The notes: generated from the letters alone by a model not told the origin. Shown: positions 1 through 13,266, counted from the first letter of the whole stretch. The stretch: 63,246 nt of DNA, filler included, from Choristocarpus tenellus KU-1152 (GCA_964200185.2; 11 parts of 11 records of this genome joined end to end with filler, not necessarily neighbours in it); one strand, 5' to 3'. Made by a program: numbers and translations.

Positions 1-791
1 GGGGGGGGGGGGGTGGCCTGTCCTGCGGTGGTATGCACCCACCAGAGAGGACAGCATGAAGGGAGAGGGAGAGGGAGATGAGGAAGAGGAATCAACAGGG
101 GTGAGGAAAGAGCGTTTTCTTCTTTCTTGGTTTGAAGGAACATTAATACACATAATATCTGTATGATACCAGAATGCTGCTAAAGGTTAGGGATTAGGGT
201 GGGTTGGAACAGAAAAAAAATGTTTTTGCATACACATCACAAGGGTCATTATACTCGAATAAACACTGGTTTCCACGTACACATCCCAGCTACTACCTCC
301 GTACTAGCCCAACTCTTTTGCCCTGTCCTTGCAACTAGATCATATCGCGACGTGACAAACGAAAAAAATGTAACGGCTACCAATAAGACACCTTGCCCAA
401 ACTAGTGCGGCCAAAGGTTTGTATCAGAATGAGCGATGAGTAGCTCAGAGCCCAAAGATAGCACAAAACCTGAAGTGGACTAGGTGAGTGAGGGGCAGTC
501 CTATTTCTGGGTTTGTCGTTGCTCATCAGGCCTACTTCGTCCATCGCTTAAAAGGATGCAGACGTGTGTGAGACGATCATGGCGCACCACAAATGATATC
601 TGTCTATACCCTCATTTAGTCGAATGTATTGCCAGTCACTTTACTATATTCACCAGCAAGATAGTACGTGGCTAAGGGATGCTGCGTTAGAAAGAGATGA
701 TGGCCTCCGTATAAATTGCCCTTACGTTTAGCAAGGCAAACGCAACATGCAGAGAAGATTTTAACAAGTTCAAGTCGGGAAAAGAGCTTAC

Positions 792-1033
792 CCAAACCGT
801 TTGTCAAGTTCATCCCCCTCCTTCCTAAGTAGTGCTTTAGCCGCGCTCTCCCTGCGCCCTCCACTGTTGAGACGGGCCGATTGACTCCCCTCCGTGTAGT
901 TCTTACCCCCTTTACCCTTACCCCTTCCCCCACCTTTACTCTGTTGCCGCTGGTACCTTGACCCTCCACCAGCCCCATTTCCACCTTCCTTCCAGCCGCG
1001 TCCTTTGCCCTTCGAGCCACGATCGAAAGGCAT
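792..1033 (-). CDS. Probable first coding exon with a Gly/Lys/Arg-rich N-terminus; tentatively the DNA polymerase epsilon catalytic subunit
   Basis: ATG at 1033 and an open frame ending at a strong donor TTTGG|GTAAG (792). The end of the exon, LLRKEGDELDKRFG, resembles the Pol2/POLE1 N-terminal D-x-x-D-x-R-F-G motif (human DKMDLRFG). The next exon was not found in this contig. Confidence 0.4.
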
Positions 1034-4000
1034 GATACCTCAATATCCAAAGGCCCAATGCAGCAAAGGTGTCCTCTCCAGTCTCAGCTGCTACGACAGA
1101 CCAACTCGTACCCAATGTCCCCTTTTCCTGAGTACCCGAATACTTGAGGAAGATACACCTGCTAGGTTGCGTATCCTGCCCGCACGTCTCCCGCAACTTA
1201 TTGACTAGATAAAGGACATGAAATGGTACAAACCCAAATTCACAAATTCAAAAAAGGTCGACCGTCAACCCCACCAACCAATCCCGACAGATACAAGGTG
1301 GTGAGAATTTACTTTGTTACGAAAAATCAAAATAATAATGTGAAGATGGTGATCAGTCTAGTGTGGCTACCCCTTCCTCTTCATGTACACAACTAGCCAG
1401 TAGTAGTAGCGACAATGAGTTGCCACGAACGACGTCATTATGTCAGAGAACCTTATAGCCGTGGTGGTGATACGCTTCCTCCCTCCCTCTCTTCCAATCG
1501 GGTATTTTGCTGTTCTACCTACAATTTCTTCGAACAAAGATGATGGACCACTATGCATAGTATGCATATTATCGTAATGCTTTTTAGGTCATTGGGGTGG
1601 GCTCATTCCCAGCCTTTCCTGCAGACTGCAATTTGCACTATGGCACAGCCTCTCTTGGATAGCCTTGTAGATCTACACCAAATATAGGACCATGTTCGCT
1701 GACTTTGAACTAGTTTGTTGCTGTAGCCAATCATGCTCTGGCTGAATTATGTAGTGACATTTTTTGACGACTCCAGAAGACTGGCAATCTTGCTGCTCAC
1801 TTGCGAAGCTACTGAGACACCTCTTTATGTCCACAGGATATGTCTTCTAAAGTTGGTACCCTGGTGGAGAACCAGTATGGGACTGCAGAACCCACAAGTA
1901 CATCCAAGACTTTAGTTGTGTCACACAAAAAGAAAACGCAAATTATATACTACACAATAAAAAGTATGTTCTATATATATTATGAAGTATTGCAGGAGTT
2001 ATAAACTCCTGTAAGGACGAACTTTTTAGACGCCTGATTGTAGGGACTCCTAAACAAAATCGTCATAGGTAACTAGGTCGGTGACTGTGGTCGTCGTCAC
2101 CCCCTACAACACACAACAACAGCAAGCTGCAGAATCTCTTCACTTTCCCCCATAATATTTGTCAACGTTGTAATGCTCACAGATGACATTCAAGGAAACT
2201 TGCCCTCTTTGCTTGTATTCGGTAATCGCCTAGAACCTTCATCAGACTCGACTTTCCAACATGTGGAAGACATCGGTGATGGAAGCTGCAGGATCCGCAA
2301 TCTAAACTAAATCAGAGAGGGATCAAGGTGGGAGTCTGGCCTACACTCAATTTGTGCCGTTGTGTTTTGTGTCTGTCCCTCAGACGAACATGCTATTTCT
2401 TCTCCACCCAGGTGTCCCTTCCAACAACATCCTCATTTGTGCTAGGTCCCTGCAACTCACTTCAGAATACTATCCTTTCGCTTTGTCTATATATATTTCT
2501 GCTCGTCTACAGTATTACACGCCAAGAAAAACAGTTTGGGACAATTCTCTCGAGCAATAATCCTGATGTACTCCTGTCACTCTCTTCTGAAAACCGTAAG
2601 GGGTTGCTGACATGGATGAGGTGCTGCGGACCTCTCACGGAGCAGAGCTGTGCGTGGGTGGCAGGAGGAGACTGTACTGGGAGGGGAAGAAGAGAGGAAG
2701 CTCCGCTACTTTGTAACTGCTGTGCCAGAGACTCCAGGACGAAAGGATTGCTTTGGACCAAGTCATCTATTGTATCACAATCAACCAAGAGCTGCAACAT
2801 CAAGGATGTACTACAGAGATGCATAGTCAAACAAAAAACAAGATGACAACAGAATCACGAAAAGGGCGGTGCTCATGAAGAGAGAATACCTAAAAAAATG
2901 CAGGAGACAAGAGGCAAAGCGAGCAGCAGGTGTGTCTGCCTGGGTAAGCCCAGGGGGGTTGTACTGGGGGGGAAAAAATAGGAGAAGGCCTGCGAGTTAG
3001 CAATTCACAGTGCTCCAACACCATCAAGAGGAAGGCACAGGGCCGGGCTGTACTTTGAGAGAAAAGAAGGAGAAGTTTTACCCAGTAGCAGCTACCATGC
3101 TCCAGTCACGCAGAACCAGGAAAAAAGGGGCAGGGGCGGGTTGTGCCAGGACAGCTTTATGTCTGCCTGTGAAGAAGTAGAAGACCCACCTAACTAAACC
3201 CACACACGTATATATAATCATAAGGTCTGTACGTGACTTTGGTTTTCAACATTTCTTAACAGGGAAGGATCAACTTCTAGGAATGAAAGTATTATAGACC
3301 GGATGGCATGGGCTTGAGAGTCACCCCTGTTTGGGGAAGTCGCCCCTCCATCTTAAGGATGTCAGGTTCAGTTTAGGGTGCTTTAATAGGGTTTCTTCAT
3401 GTTTGCCTGTGTATATACTTTTTGACTCACGAGGACCAGATCGTTAGGCGCATACTTGGCTTCAATAGACTGGAAAGAACTAAAACAGCTTCAATGTTCA
3501 ATAGACCGAAAATATACCCCAAAATAAAGTTTGTTCACCTTGGGAAGCGTTTAAATATCATACTTTGGGATTTCTTTGTACCCTGTACCAACTTTCATAC
3601 CTCAATATGCACCCGCTGATATGTTGCAGAGATTGTCATGTCATACACTTCCAAGTAGGAGAAACAAAAAGCATTGAGCAAAGAAAACAAGAAGAAAACA
3701 TCAATAGAGCCTGGAAGAAGAAACACAACGTAAGGGATACCAAGGGGCCCCATGACGGAATGTTTGGACACCATACCTCCAAGTTCCTTCTGGTGGCTTG
3801 GGGGGTTGACACCGTAGACAAGATATTTAGGGTGCTGCACCCGGAAGGTTGCCCGTGAGTGACATGCAGCGCCCCAGGAATTGGTTCCCACCCAAAGCTC
3901 CAGCAGTAGTGTGAAGTTTGCCTTGATCACAAGTTTGATGTCATCCACCAAGTATCCACTTTAAGCAAGGTTACTGTGTCACGGTTTGTCACACTACATA

Positions 4001-4832
4001 GCGCCCTGTGGCACTATGCGGGTATTCATGAGAAGGGGAGGGAACATGATATCCAGATTTTCCCTTCCTCAGTCAAGTTGGATATGCAACAAAAGACAAC
4101 AACAAGAGATGGCTATCAGAAACCTATGAGGGCTTACATATTATTACAAGAAGTTACCCTTCATACCTACGTAGTATACGTCGCATAGGGGTTTATTCAT
4201 ACTCATTCGTACGTGTTTCCAAACATGTGAGTACCATACTATTTCCATCCACATGTTATTTCTCCTTGTACCTCAGTTGAAAATAACCGGAAAAGAACAA
4301 AACAATATGAAGGGTTCCTCACGTTCAAAGGAGTTGAAAAGTATCATCTACAGTGTTGGCAGTCGCCTCCTGCATCAACTTTGTCATGCCATAACTATTG
4401 ATCATCAAGGATTTTTTTCATGAAAATTAGTTTGTTGTGATCGCATCAGCATGGTTAACCTTATTTCATGGGGGTCTCGGTTGGTCAACTTCCAGTAATC
4501 GTGATAAATACAGGACCACACTTAAATCAAGTAGTCCGTGCGCGAACGCGCATTTTAGGATGATTTTGACGCCAGAAGAGGCCATCTTCACCCGGAGAAC
4601 ATGGGCATTGTTGTCTCTCCATTATTTTTCCATTATTTCCCGTTTATGCGATGTTGTCACCTGCTGGCTAAGGTTCGCTTATAGGGGCCCAGGCCTCTGA
4701 ACCAGAGACCATCCATGCCAAGTCAAAAGAGGTATTCTAAAGGTGCAGGCCTCCTGGGAGACTAAAAACAGCCGATTTCAAAATTGAGGATGGAGCTTTT
4801 CATTGAGGATGGGCTTGACCCAAAATTGACTG

Positions 4833-4932
4833 NNNNNNNNNNNNNNNNNNNNNNNNNNNNNNNNNNNNNNNNNNNNTTAATTAATTAANNNNNNNNNNNN
4901 NNNNNNNNNNNNNNNNNNNNNNNNNNNNNNNN
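4833..4932. other. Artificial contig-joining linker (44N-TTAATTAATTAA-44N); identical linkers at 13373-13472, 20317-20416, 23978-24077, 31125-31224, 37481-37580, 40503-40602, 44028-44127, 50456-50555, 55942-56041
   Basis: The same 100-bp spacer, with stop codons in all six frames, occurs 10 times. Confidence 0.98.
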
Positions 4933-5288
4933 AGAAGCCTGTAGACGATCGTTCAGGAACACTTTCCCCCCCCCGAAAAATCCCCCCCCCCCCCCCCCAG
5001 ATACTCTGAACCCAAGTACAAGGTAGCACATTTTCCATCTATTTTCCCATTGTGCCTATCACTACTGCACAAATGTCCACCTCTCTGTGGGCAATTATTA
5101 GTCTGTTCCTAGAGCAGATAACTTTACTTCCTAAACCGTGGTCATCCTCAAAGTTAAATCTACTATGAGAATAGAAATAGGAATATGGACGTGAACAAAA
5201 CAGTAGCTTTCCTCACTTGTCACATACGCCTGCTGGAGAGTGTTTTTTTATTGATGTCTCCTGTTCTCCACAACAAACTGAAAATAAG

Positions 5289-7452
5289 GTGCGGGTGTAT
5301 GGCCTACTTCTTTGGATTCTTTGGCATCTCCTTCCTTGACAAGAATGCAATGGCAAGGAGCCCTTCCTCTTTTGGTCTATCCCACCTCGACCAGCAGCTT
5401 TTGTCAGCCCGGAGGAACAGGACCAATGGCGTTGCTGGTGGCCTTGCAGGAGGAAGGGGGAACAGTAGTGTGGGGGGTGGTGTGTGCGCAAAGGAAGCTC
5501 CTCAGATGGCATCTATGTCTGCAGTGCCTGTAGCTGCTGCTATGCTGGGACCCATTCCTGAGGGAGAGGAGTACCCATCAATGACAGATGAGGAGGTGAA
5601 TGAGTGTTTGGTATCAAGGATGCCAGGAATAATCTTGTTGGGTGTTTCATTTATGTGATGATGATTTATTTGGGTTGACACAATGTCACTTGCTGCGAAG
5701 AAGTGTGTGCAATCTGTGTGGAGACTTGTATTCTATTTTTTTTAATTCTTAATTTTATGTGGGACATGATGCTCTTCTTGATATGTGTAGTGATATTTTG
5801 TATCATTTTCTGTGGTGTGTGTGAGGCTTCCTTAAATATAGGAAGCCTTCCTCACTTCTGTATTGCCTTGTTGTCATGTGCAACATCTTGTGAATACTCA
5901 ACATGCTGCACTTGAAAAATTTAGGTTGTTGCCTGTGTGATGGCGGGCAATCTGAAGGATCACCAGCTTGAGAGCAAGCTAGGCGACCACAGGAGAGCTG
6001 TGGCTGTACGCCGCCGTCTCTTCGAGAATCGTATTGGACGGTCAATGGAGCAGCTCCCTTTTGAGGTGAAGCAGTTGAAGATGAATATAAAAAAGCCAGG
6101 AGTGTTTGTTTTGTGTGTTACACATCTGTTTTTCAATGCTGCTATTCTTTCTATATGGGAATGCTGCTGCTGCTGCATGAAAAATGCTGTGGTGATCCCT
6201 TTTGTGGTGTTCGGGTTTTTGTCATGATCTGGTCATCATTGTGAATATTTTTGATGTTAGAAATGTTGGGATTTACGTTGCTCCTACGCACGAGGTTTTC
6301 ACAACATTTGTTGAGAATTTTTTCACATCACTTTTAACAAGTGATTCTGCGCTCATACTTAAACGGTATCATTCATGTGACCAACTGTGTGCAGTATTGA
6401 TTGTGGCTATTGCGGCTACTCTGTATTCTTTTTGTTTGAATTTGGCTCGATGGGTGTGGTGTGGGTTTCCTACTGAGTTTGTCGCAGTGATACAGCTATG
6501 ATTTATGATTTGCCAACGTTCATGAGATCAAAGAAGGTGACCACTTCTGAAGGAATGTGGCTATCTCCACGTCAGGTTACGTTTTTTGACAGTTGTTAGG
6601 GAGGTGCTATATGAGGTTTACGTGTCCTTGTTTGACTGGTTGTTGGGATTGACAGGTTCACTCATTTCAAAAAAAAAATTGAGGAGTCCATCAGTCACCA
6701 TCACAAATGATCTGATTCTTCCTACAGATAATATTTTGTTAGAGTGACCTATTGCGCTGCATTGAAAATAGATCTATTGTTGAAGTTGGAAGATAGCCTT
6801 CCCACTTCTTCTTGATCAATGATCTCGATAACTTGGGAGACTTCCTAGTTAGTAACCTAAAGGTGTTCCTCTTGCCTGTCTTCTTGTCTGTCTGCAGAAT
6901 CTTACAGTATTTCTAAGCATTTCCCCTCAGCGCACGTAGAATGTGTGTTCCCAACCTGCGTTGATCCCTAGCCTCTCTTTCTAAACCTAAACCTAATGGT
7001 TTTTGTATCTCCTCAGGGCTACGACTATGAACGTATTTTTGGGGCCAACTGTGAGATCGTGACTGGCTATGTTCCCATCCCTGTAGGGATTGTTGGGCCA
7101 CTGCTGCTGGATGGAGAAGAGGTGTATGTTCCTATGGCCACCACTGAGGTGAGTTTGATAGAGATGCCTTGTCAAGATGTTTATCGAGTGGGTGGGGGGG
7201 GAGTGAAAATTTCAACAACAGACTGAATATGGGCATTTAAGTTATGTTCTTGCTGGTGAAGAAAAAATGTTCTTGGACTTTCCTGCTTTTGTTTGATCAG
7301 AGAGGAATGAGATGATGACTGGAGCACTTGAGAGATGGGGGATGTACCATACTAGTAAGAGTTATTGCTTTAATGTAATGTTTTAGGTATTGTTCAGCAG
7401 AACTTTGTGTTTTCATGCTGCTATACATTGCCAGCATAAATAGTGGTTTTCT

Positions 7453-7521
<69 letters not shown>

Positions 7522-10500
7522 CTTTACCTTCCTTCTCCTTCCTTGCCCTAGGGGTGCCTTGTTGCAAGCACGAACCGTGGGTGCAAGGCGATAACCCAGG
7601 GGGGGGGGGCACATGCTTCAGTCTTAAAAGATGGGATCACAAGGGCTCCATGCCTGCGTATGCCAAATGCAATGCAGGCTGCGGAACTGAAAGCTTGGTC
7701 AGAGGCACCAGAAAACTTCCAGGATGTCCGGGCAGCTTTTGAGTCCACCACTAGTTTTGGTAAGTATGTGTGTGTGATTTCAGTAGCTCATTTCAGTTGT
7801 AGTCTGTACAGAGAGAGGAGTATCATAACTGGGAGTGTTGTCTTTATGTTTTACATATTTCTCTCTTCTTAGTATTTCGAGTGCCTAATACTGTAACAGT
7901 GATGGAACATCTTTTCATAACAGTTACACTTGATTTTTTGTTTTTTTGTTTTTTGTGTGTCTTTTGCCGTCTCTCTTACGGTCTGAGATACATCTCGGTG
8001 ATGATTCTACGGCCGGATGTCTAGAAAACCCTCATTTATTGATTTCTTTACCTTCCCTGTCGTGTTTGGTTGCAACTTGCATGCAGTTACATCTTTGCTT
8101 CCCCCTCCCCCCCCCCTCCCATCCTTGTCTTGTCCTTCACCTAACCCTAACCCTAACCCTATTTCTTCCCGTTTCTGTACCTGATTCTATAGGAAAGCTG
8201 AAGGGTGTGTCGGCCACTGTCGCTGGTCGCATTGTTTATCTTCGTTTTAGTTGCTTTGCTGGTGATGCCATGGGGATGAATATGGTTTCAAAGGGATGCC
8301 TGGCTGTGATTGATCTTTTGCAGGAGGTATGTGCGCATCTATGGGAGTCGCATTTTGTGACAGTTTTTGTCAGTGTGGATAAGACCGCAGAAAGGGTATT
8401 TTCGTTTTTTCTTGAGTACATTTGAAGGGGTGCAGAGGTGGCTGGTGGTGTGGTACGGGCATGGAGAGTTGATAAGAGTAGGAATGCGTTAAGTGTAGTT
8501 GTTGTAGGTTTGGGTTTTCAGAGTAGGTGCGTGAAAGGGTTGGTTTGTTACTTTAATTTATGTTTTGTTTTATGTGACTTGATTAATTGTTGCTTGTTGG
8601 TGTGCTGTGAACCTGTTGGTTAGGACAGGAGGTGAGAGAAGTTGTATGTATTATGTTGGTTAGGACAGGAGGTGAGAGAAGTTGTATGTTTTATGTTGGT
8701 TAGGACAGGAGGTGAGAGAAGTTGTATGTATTATGTTGGTTAGGACAGGAGGTGAGAGAAGTTGAAGTTGTATGTATTACGTGCTGTTTCAAGGTTTTCG
8801 TGGAACGGCCCTTTTGTGTACATTTTAGGTTGGAAAAGGCTGTGAATGCTATTTGAATTTTGTAGGAGAATGAACTACTTGGCTGTTGGGAAATAATTCT
8901 CATGTAAGGAGAGAAGAGAATGTGTCGGATTTTGGATGCATAGTGTACAAAATGCATCTTGTCGGTGAAAGGGTTAGGACTGACGTATACACAAGAGAAC
9001 ATTTTCACTGTTCAAGGCCATCAATCAATCAACCTCTGTGTATATATCTAGCCTCCAATCCCAATCTACTGCTTCCTTACTATTTTGATCATATCCCTCT
9101 CACCCCCCAACTCGCATGCCTTGGCAGCTGTTTCTGGAAATGGAGCTTGTTGCTATCTCTGGGAATATGTGCACAGACAAAAAGCCTGCTGCTATCAACT
9201 GGATTGAGGGGAGGGGAAAGTCTGTTGTGTGTGAGGCCCGTATCCCAGGAAAATATGTTGAGGCCACTCTGAAGACTACAGTGAAGGTGTTGTTCTGTTG
9301 TGTAACGTTTTGAGTGTGACAAGTGTGTTTGTATTACTTGTGATGGCTAGCATGCTGTGCATATAGTAAGAAGTGTATCTACGTGGCGTTTTGTGTTACC
9401 CACATACATCCAATCTGCTGAGAATGTATTTATTGTAGTTGCACTAGTGTGGCTTAGCTGACTGTTGAAATCACGGTTCGATGACATTCCCTGTTGTGGT
9501 ATCTTTGTTGTGCATCTGTCTCCTGTTGGGCAGCAATGTGTCTTTGAATGTTGTACCATGTGTCCTTGACAGTATGTTCAACTAGGTGCGTGAACGACCC
9601 TTTTTGCCCCAGTTAACTTCATCTTGCATGGCTCATTTTTTCTCCTTTTTGGGGCATAATTCATTTTGTATAGGCGATGGTGGAGACAAACACCCAAAAG
9701 AATTTGATTGGTAGTGCTATGGCTGGTGCCCTGGGCGGATTCAATGCACATGCGTCCAATGTGGTGACAGCGGTTTTCCTGGCAACTGGACAAGACCCTG
9801 CGCAGAACGTGGAATCGAGCACGTGCATGACCATCATGGAGCAGATGGACAATGGAGACCTCCTGGTGTGTAGTGGTACTGGTAGAAGAATTGGTAGAGT
9901 GTCGAAAAGTATGGTGGTACTGATGGTTCTTGTGTCTTAAATGAATGGTTTGGTATGGATATTGTTGGGTTATTGTCGTTCTGTACGGTTGTACTCTGTG
10001 GTTGTACTCTGGTTGGCTTTCATTTTTCTTGTGAGCAAGGGGCGGAAGTACTCTTACTGGTGTGTTCGAATCAAGGTTGCCTTTCAATGGTGCCCTTGCA
10101 TGCAGATTGTCTCTTTGTAATAGCTAAAGGTCAATTGGACCTGAACAAATTGATATCGGTGTCGTGTTAGAGTGCAGAATGTCCATCTCACAAGCAGTAT
10201 CGTACAGAGGTAGTATGCTTCTTTCGGTTGTGATGCAATTTTGCCGGGGTAAGTCATAGATGACCCTGATTGTTTTTTTAACTCCCTTTACCAAATGGAA
10301 ATGTATGAACATTGAAGAGTGGTAAGAGAATTTTTGTTTCTTTTTGGAGGTGTGGTCTTCTTGACCAAACTTGAGAAGGAGGTGGGTTGGATTCACCTCT
10401 TACTTACAACCCCTGCACCAAATGATGTGACAGGTGTCAGTGAACATGCCATCGATTGAGGTTGGTACTGTTGGAGGGGGCACCAGCTTGCCTGCACAAT

Positions 10501-11054
10501 CAGCCTGCCTGGATATGATTGGCTGCCGTGGAGCAACAAAGTCTCCAGGGAGACCTGGTGAAAACGCTCAGCAAATGGCACGGTAAGTGAATGTTTGTCC
10601 AAGTTGTGAGTTATGTGCTGTGTCCTCTCTTTTCAGTCTCCCGCCCTTTGGATTCCGACATGGAGCATGACTTTTTGTGAGTGTGGCTTCAGTTCTCGTT
10701 GCTCTCTGTGCTGTTATGGGTACAGTCTGATAATAGGAGGTTTTTCATTATTGATGTTTATGCATATCGCCTTTAGGAATGGGTACTTGAACTCGTCGTG
10801 TTTGGTCTCTTTGATCATGTGCTTGGCAAGGAAGCATAGATCCTTGTGTGGACTTGGTGCAGTAGGGCATTGAAGTTTTTGCTCCTTGTTTTGAAGAGAG
10901 AGAGACTGACTTAGATCATTTTTGTTAAAACTGCTGCTGCTGCCACAGAGTTGTGGCTGGGGCGACATTGGCAGGCGAGCTGTCCCTCATAGCAGCCCTA
11001 GCATCAAACCAGCTGGTGCGTGCTCACATGCAGCACAACCGGAAGAAGGTTTGA
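5289..11054 (+). CDS. HMGR: 3-hydroxy-3-methylglutaryl-CoA reductase, class I (NADPH); 5' exon(s) missing
   Basis: Phase-consistent GT-AG exons: 5289-5595, 5925-6065, 7017-7148, 7552-7759, 8193-8326, 9128-9286, 9674-9865, 10434-10582, 10949-11054 (TGA). Motifs: [81 protein letters not shown]. Confidence 0.96.
7453..7520 (+). repeat. (CTTG)n microsatellite in an HMGR intron
   Basis: About 17 perfect tetranucleotide units just upstream of the acceptor at 7551. Confidence 0.95.
8614..8778 (+). repeat. 40-bp minisatellite, about 4 copies, in an HMGR intron
   Basis: Unit TGTTGGTTAGGACAGGAGGTGAGAGAAGTTGTATGT(A/T)TTA repeated in tandem. Confidence 0.93.
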
Positions 11055-13121
11055 TGTGCGGTAGGTTACCCAAAGGATCATGGAGGCACGTTGAGTGGAA
11101 GATCGTGATTGATCTGCCCCCATTCCTTGTTGCTCTTAGTATCAAGTGCAAGTTAACTTGCAGCAGTGCCTTAGAATGGGTGAATTTGTGTCCCTTTTTG
11201 TACACCAATAGCGCTACTCAGGGGACAACTTCTGGGGACAGAGAGATGGAGTCTGCAGGGATAACCACTATTGATACTTTTGTGTATCTGTGAGAAAGTG
11301 CAGTAATTTGTTTGTATATGCTGAATCAAAACAATTAGTAGGAAGATCTTATTGATTCTAACTGCCATGCTGTTACTCCTCCTTTGTTGGTTGGTGTTGG
11401 ATATTCTAGTATGTATTTTGCTATGGGAGATGTAATTGTGTGTGCTGTTCAGATACAAAGCCCATCATGAGTTGGGACTGGTCTGAGGGGGATGTAGGGG
11501 TAGATGGGGAAACCTGTTTTTTTGCTATTCAAAATAGAGGACAGGGAGAGAGGAGGTAAGTGGCTAAGTATTGCAAAAGGAAGTGTTGGGTTGGGTGTTG
11601 ATGTTTTGAAGCAGCACCAAACAACCAGAGTTACATTAACCTCTCTGTGTGAGTGTGAGTGTGTGTGCGTGTGTGAAGATGATTTAGGCTTGGTCGAGGG
11701 TTGAGAGCTGTTAGCATGCAAAGGATGTGTATTCTAGTTCTTCTCGGATGGCTGTACAATCAATATTGGTGCCATACAAGTCTGCCACACTATGCTGCAA
11801 TGTGTCCTATCTTTGGTCATCAGGCCTTGGTAGGTAGCTGCCCAAGATCATCGATCTTATACTGAGGGGGTTTTTCCAGAATTGTGTAAGGTGTGAATTT
11901 ATTTGTCTACAGCAGGACATTCTTGGTGCTGCGAACTTTTTGTTTGGCTTCAGGGTTGAATATTTATTTTGGAAGGGGTAGGGGGTGAAACAGATGGTGT
12001 GCACGTGGCTGCAAGAAAACTGGGAGATTGGGGAGGAGGGTTTTACTTCTTTTTTTTAAGAAGTGTTTTATTTGTAGGGGTGATTATGTACAGGTAGGTT
12101 GTGAGCACTTCATAGGAAGTACAGTTCACAAAAGCATTTTCTATGTGGCAGTTTTACACATTTGAACAAATTATTGTTTCATTTGAATTTTCTTCTTCAT
12201 GTCGTCTTGCTGCTTACCAATTGCAATTCTGATTTGTGCGTTGAGTACAGGATCATATTTATGCACATGCAACATAAATATTTTGCACTGGGTGTGATAA
12301 GGAGGATATACTTTTGTTTGAACCATGTTGGGAGTGATAAGGTTACTTGAGTGATCTACATCACATGACAACTTAAACCTCTTCTTATTCTCTTTGATCT
12401 ATTGATATTTTCATGTACTCCCATCTCTTCCGAGTTGTTGCATCGTTAAATGTTTCCATGGATTAGGATGACTGTAGCAGAAGTCAAGTGTAGTGTCTAT
12501 CTGCAACAGGTGGGTGGGTGTCTATCGGCTGTTGAAGGAGGTGCCAGAAGACCTCACTTGACAAGGAGTGTGACACACAGTGGAAGATTTAGGGTTCCTT
12601 TGCAACAAATGTTAGTTATCGAATATGTGGGAAGACTAAGAGTGTCTCTTGTTCTCATCGCTACTCTCCGTGTGCGGCTGTGGACCGATCACACTATTAT
12701 TTTAACATATATATCAAAAGTGCATACACTCCAACCATGGCATGCAAAAGTACATGCACAATATTAGCTCTTTTCGTAGTGATATTTGCATCACATCAGC
12801 CTGGGATTAACCCAAACCCGTGGTGAGAGAGGCACAACACACCACACTGATTCTCGTAGTGCCTACCACTGTACCGATGTTGCACTACGAAAACTGTATT
12901 GACTCTGATCCTGCCTGCCATGGTTGTTGTGCATTCAGTTCAGCACTCCCACCGCTCGTTGCTCCAATCTTCTGCTGGACTCCCTCCGAATTGTTTCCAC
13001 GTTTATCTTGGTCCAGCGTTTTCGTGATAGAGCCACAGGCAGGGTAGTACAGGTGTATAAACCTACTGAACTTGCCACGCGGCATGGCATGGTGGAGACC
13101 ATACTTGTATGAAAATGTGTC

Positions 13122-13193
13122 TGGCGTCGAAGGGGTTCGAACCCTCTAAATGAATGCGAGTAGGCAACACGTAAACGACTGAGGCACGAGGAT
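13122..13193 (-). pseudogene. Degenerate tRNA-like element (A box, B box/T arm, TTTT terminator)
   Basis: 72 nt on the minus strand. A-box-like TGCCTCAGTCG; intact T arm GAGGG-TTCGAAC-CCCTT; 3' end CGACGCCA; TTTT 7 nt downstream (13112-13115). The acceptor, D and anticodon stems pair poorly. Confidence 0.65.
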
Positions 13194-13266
13194 GATCGGA
13201 GAGGGGATAGATTTGTTGTTAGGATGGGGAAACACAGGAAAGTATTGTGGGTAAATACGTTTTGAT

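Noticed and set aside
1700-3860. Plus-strand exon-like segments in contig 1 (for example 2511-2596 and 3659-3854)
   Set aside because: Splice-like signals exist, but I could not build a phase-consistent model or recognise a domain.
4833-4932. Recurrent TTAATTAATTAA flanked by N-runs as a biological repeat or CRISPR-like array
   Set aside because: It is an identical 100-bp synthetic linker used to concatenate contigs. ORFs running into it (XXXX-LIN) are artefacts.
7600-7609. Possible frameshift at the G10 run in an HMGR exon
   Set aside because: Counting shows the frame is preserved (Q-G-G-G-A-H).
7297-7742. ORFs with KQAS / LLAC repeats
   Set aside because: These are translations of the intronic (CTTG)n microsatellite overlapping an HMGR exon.
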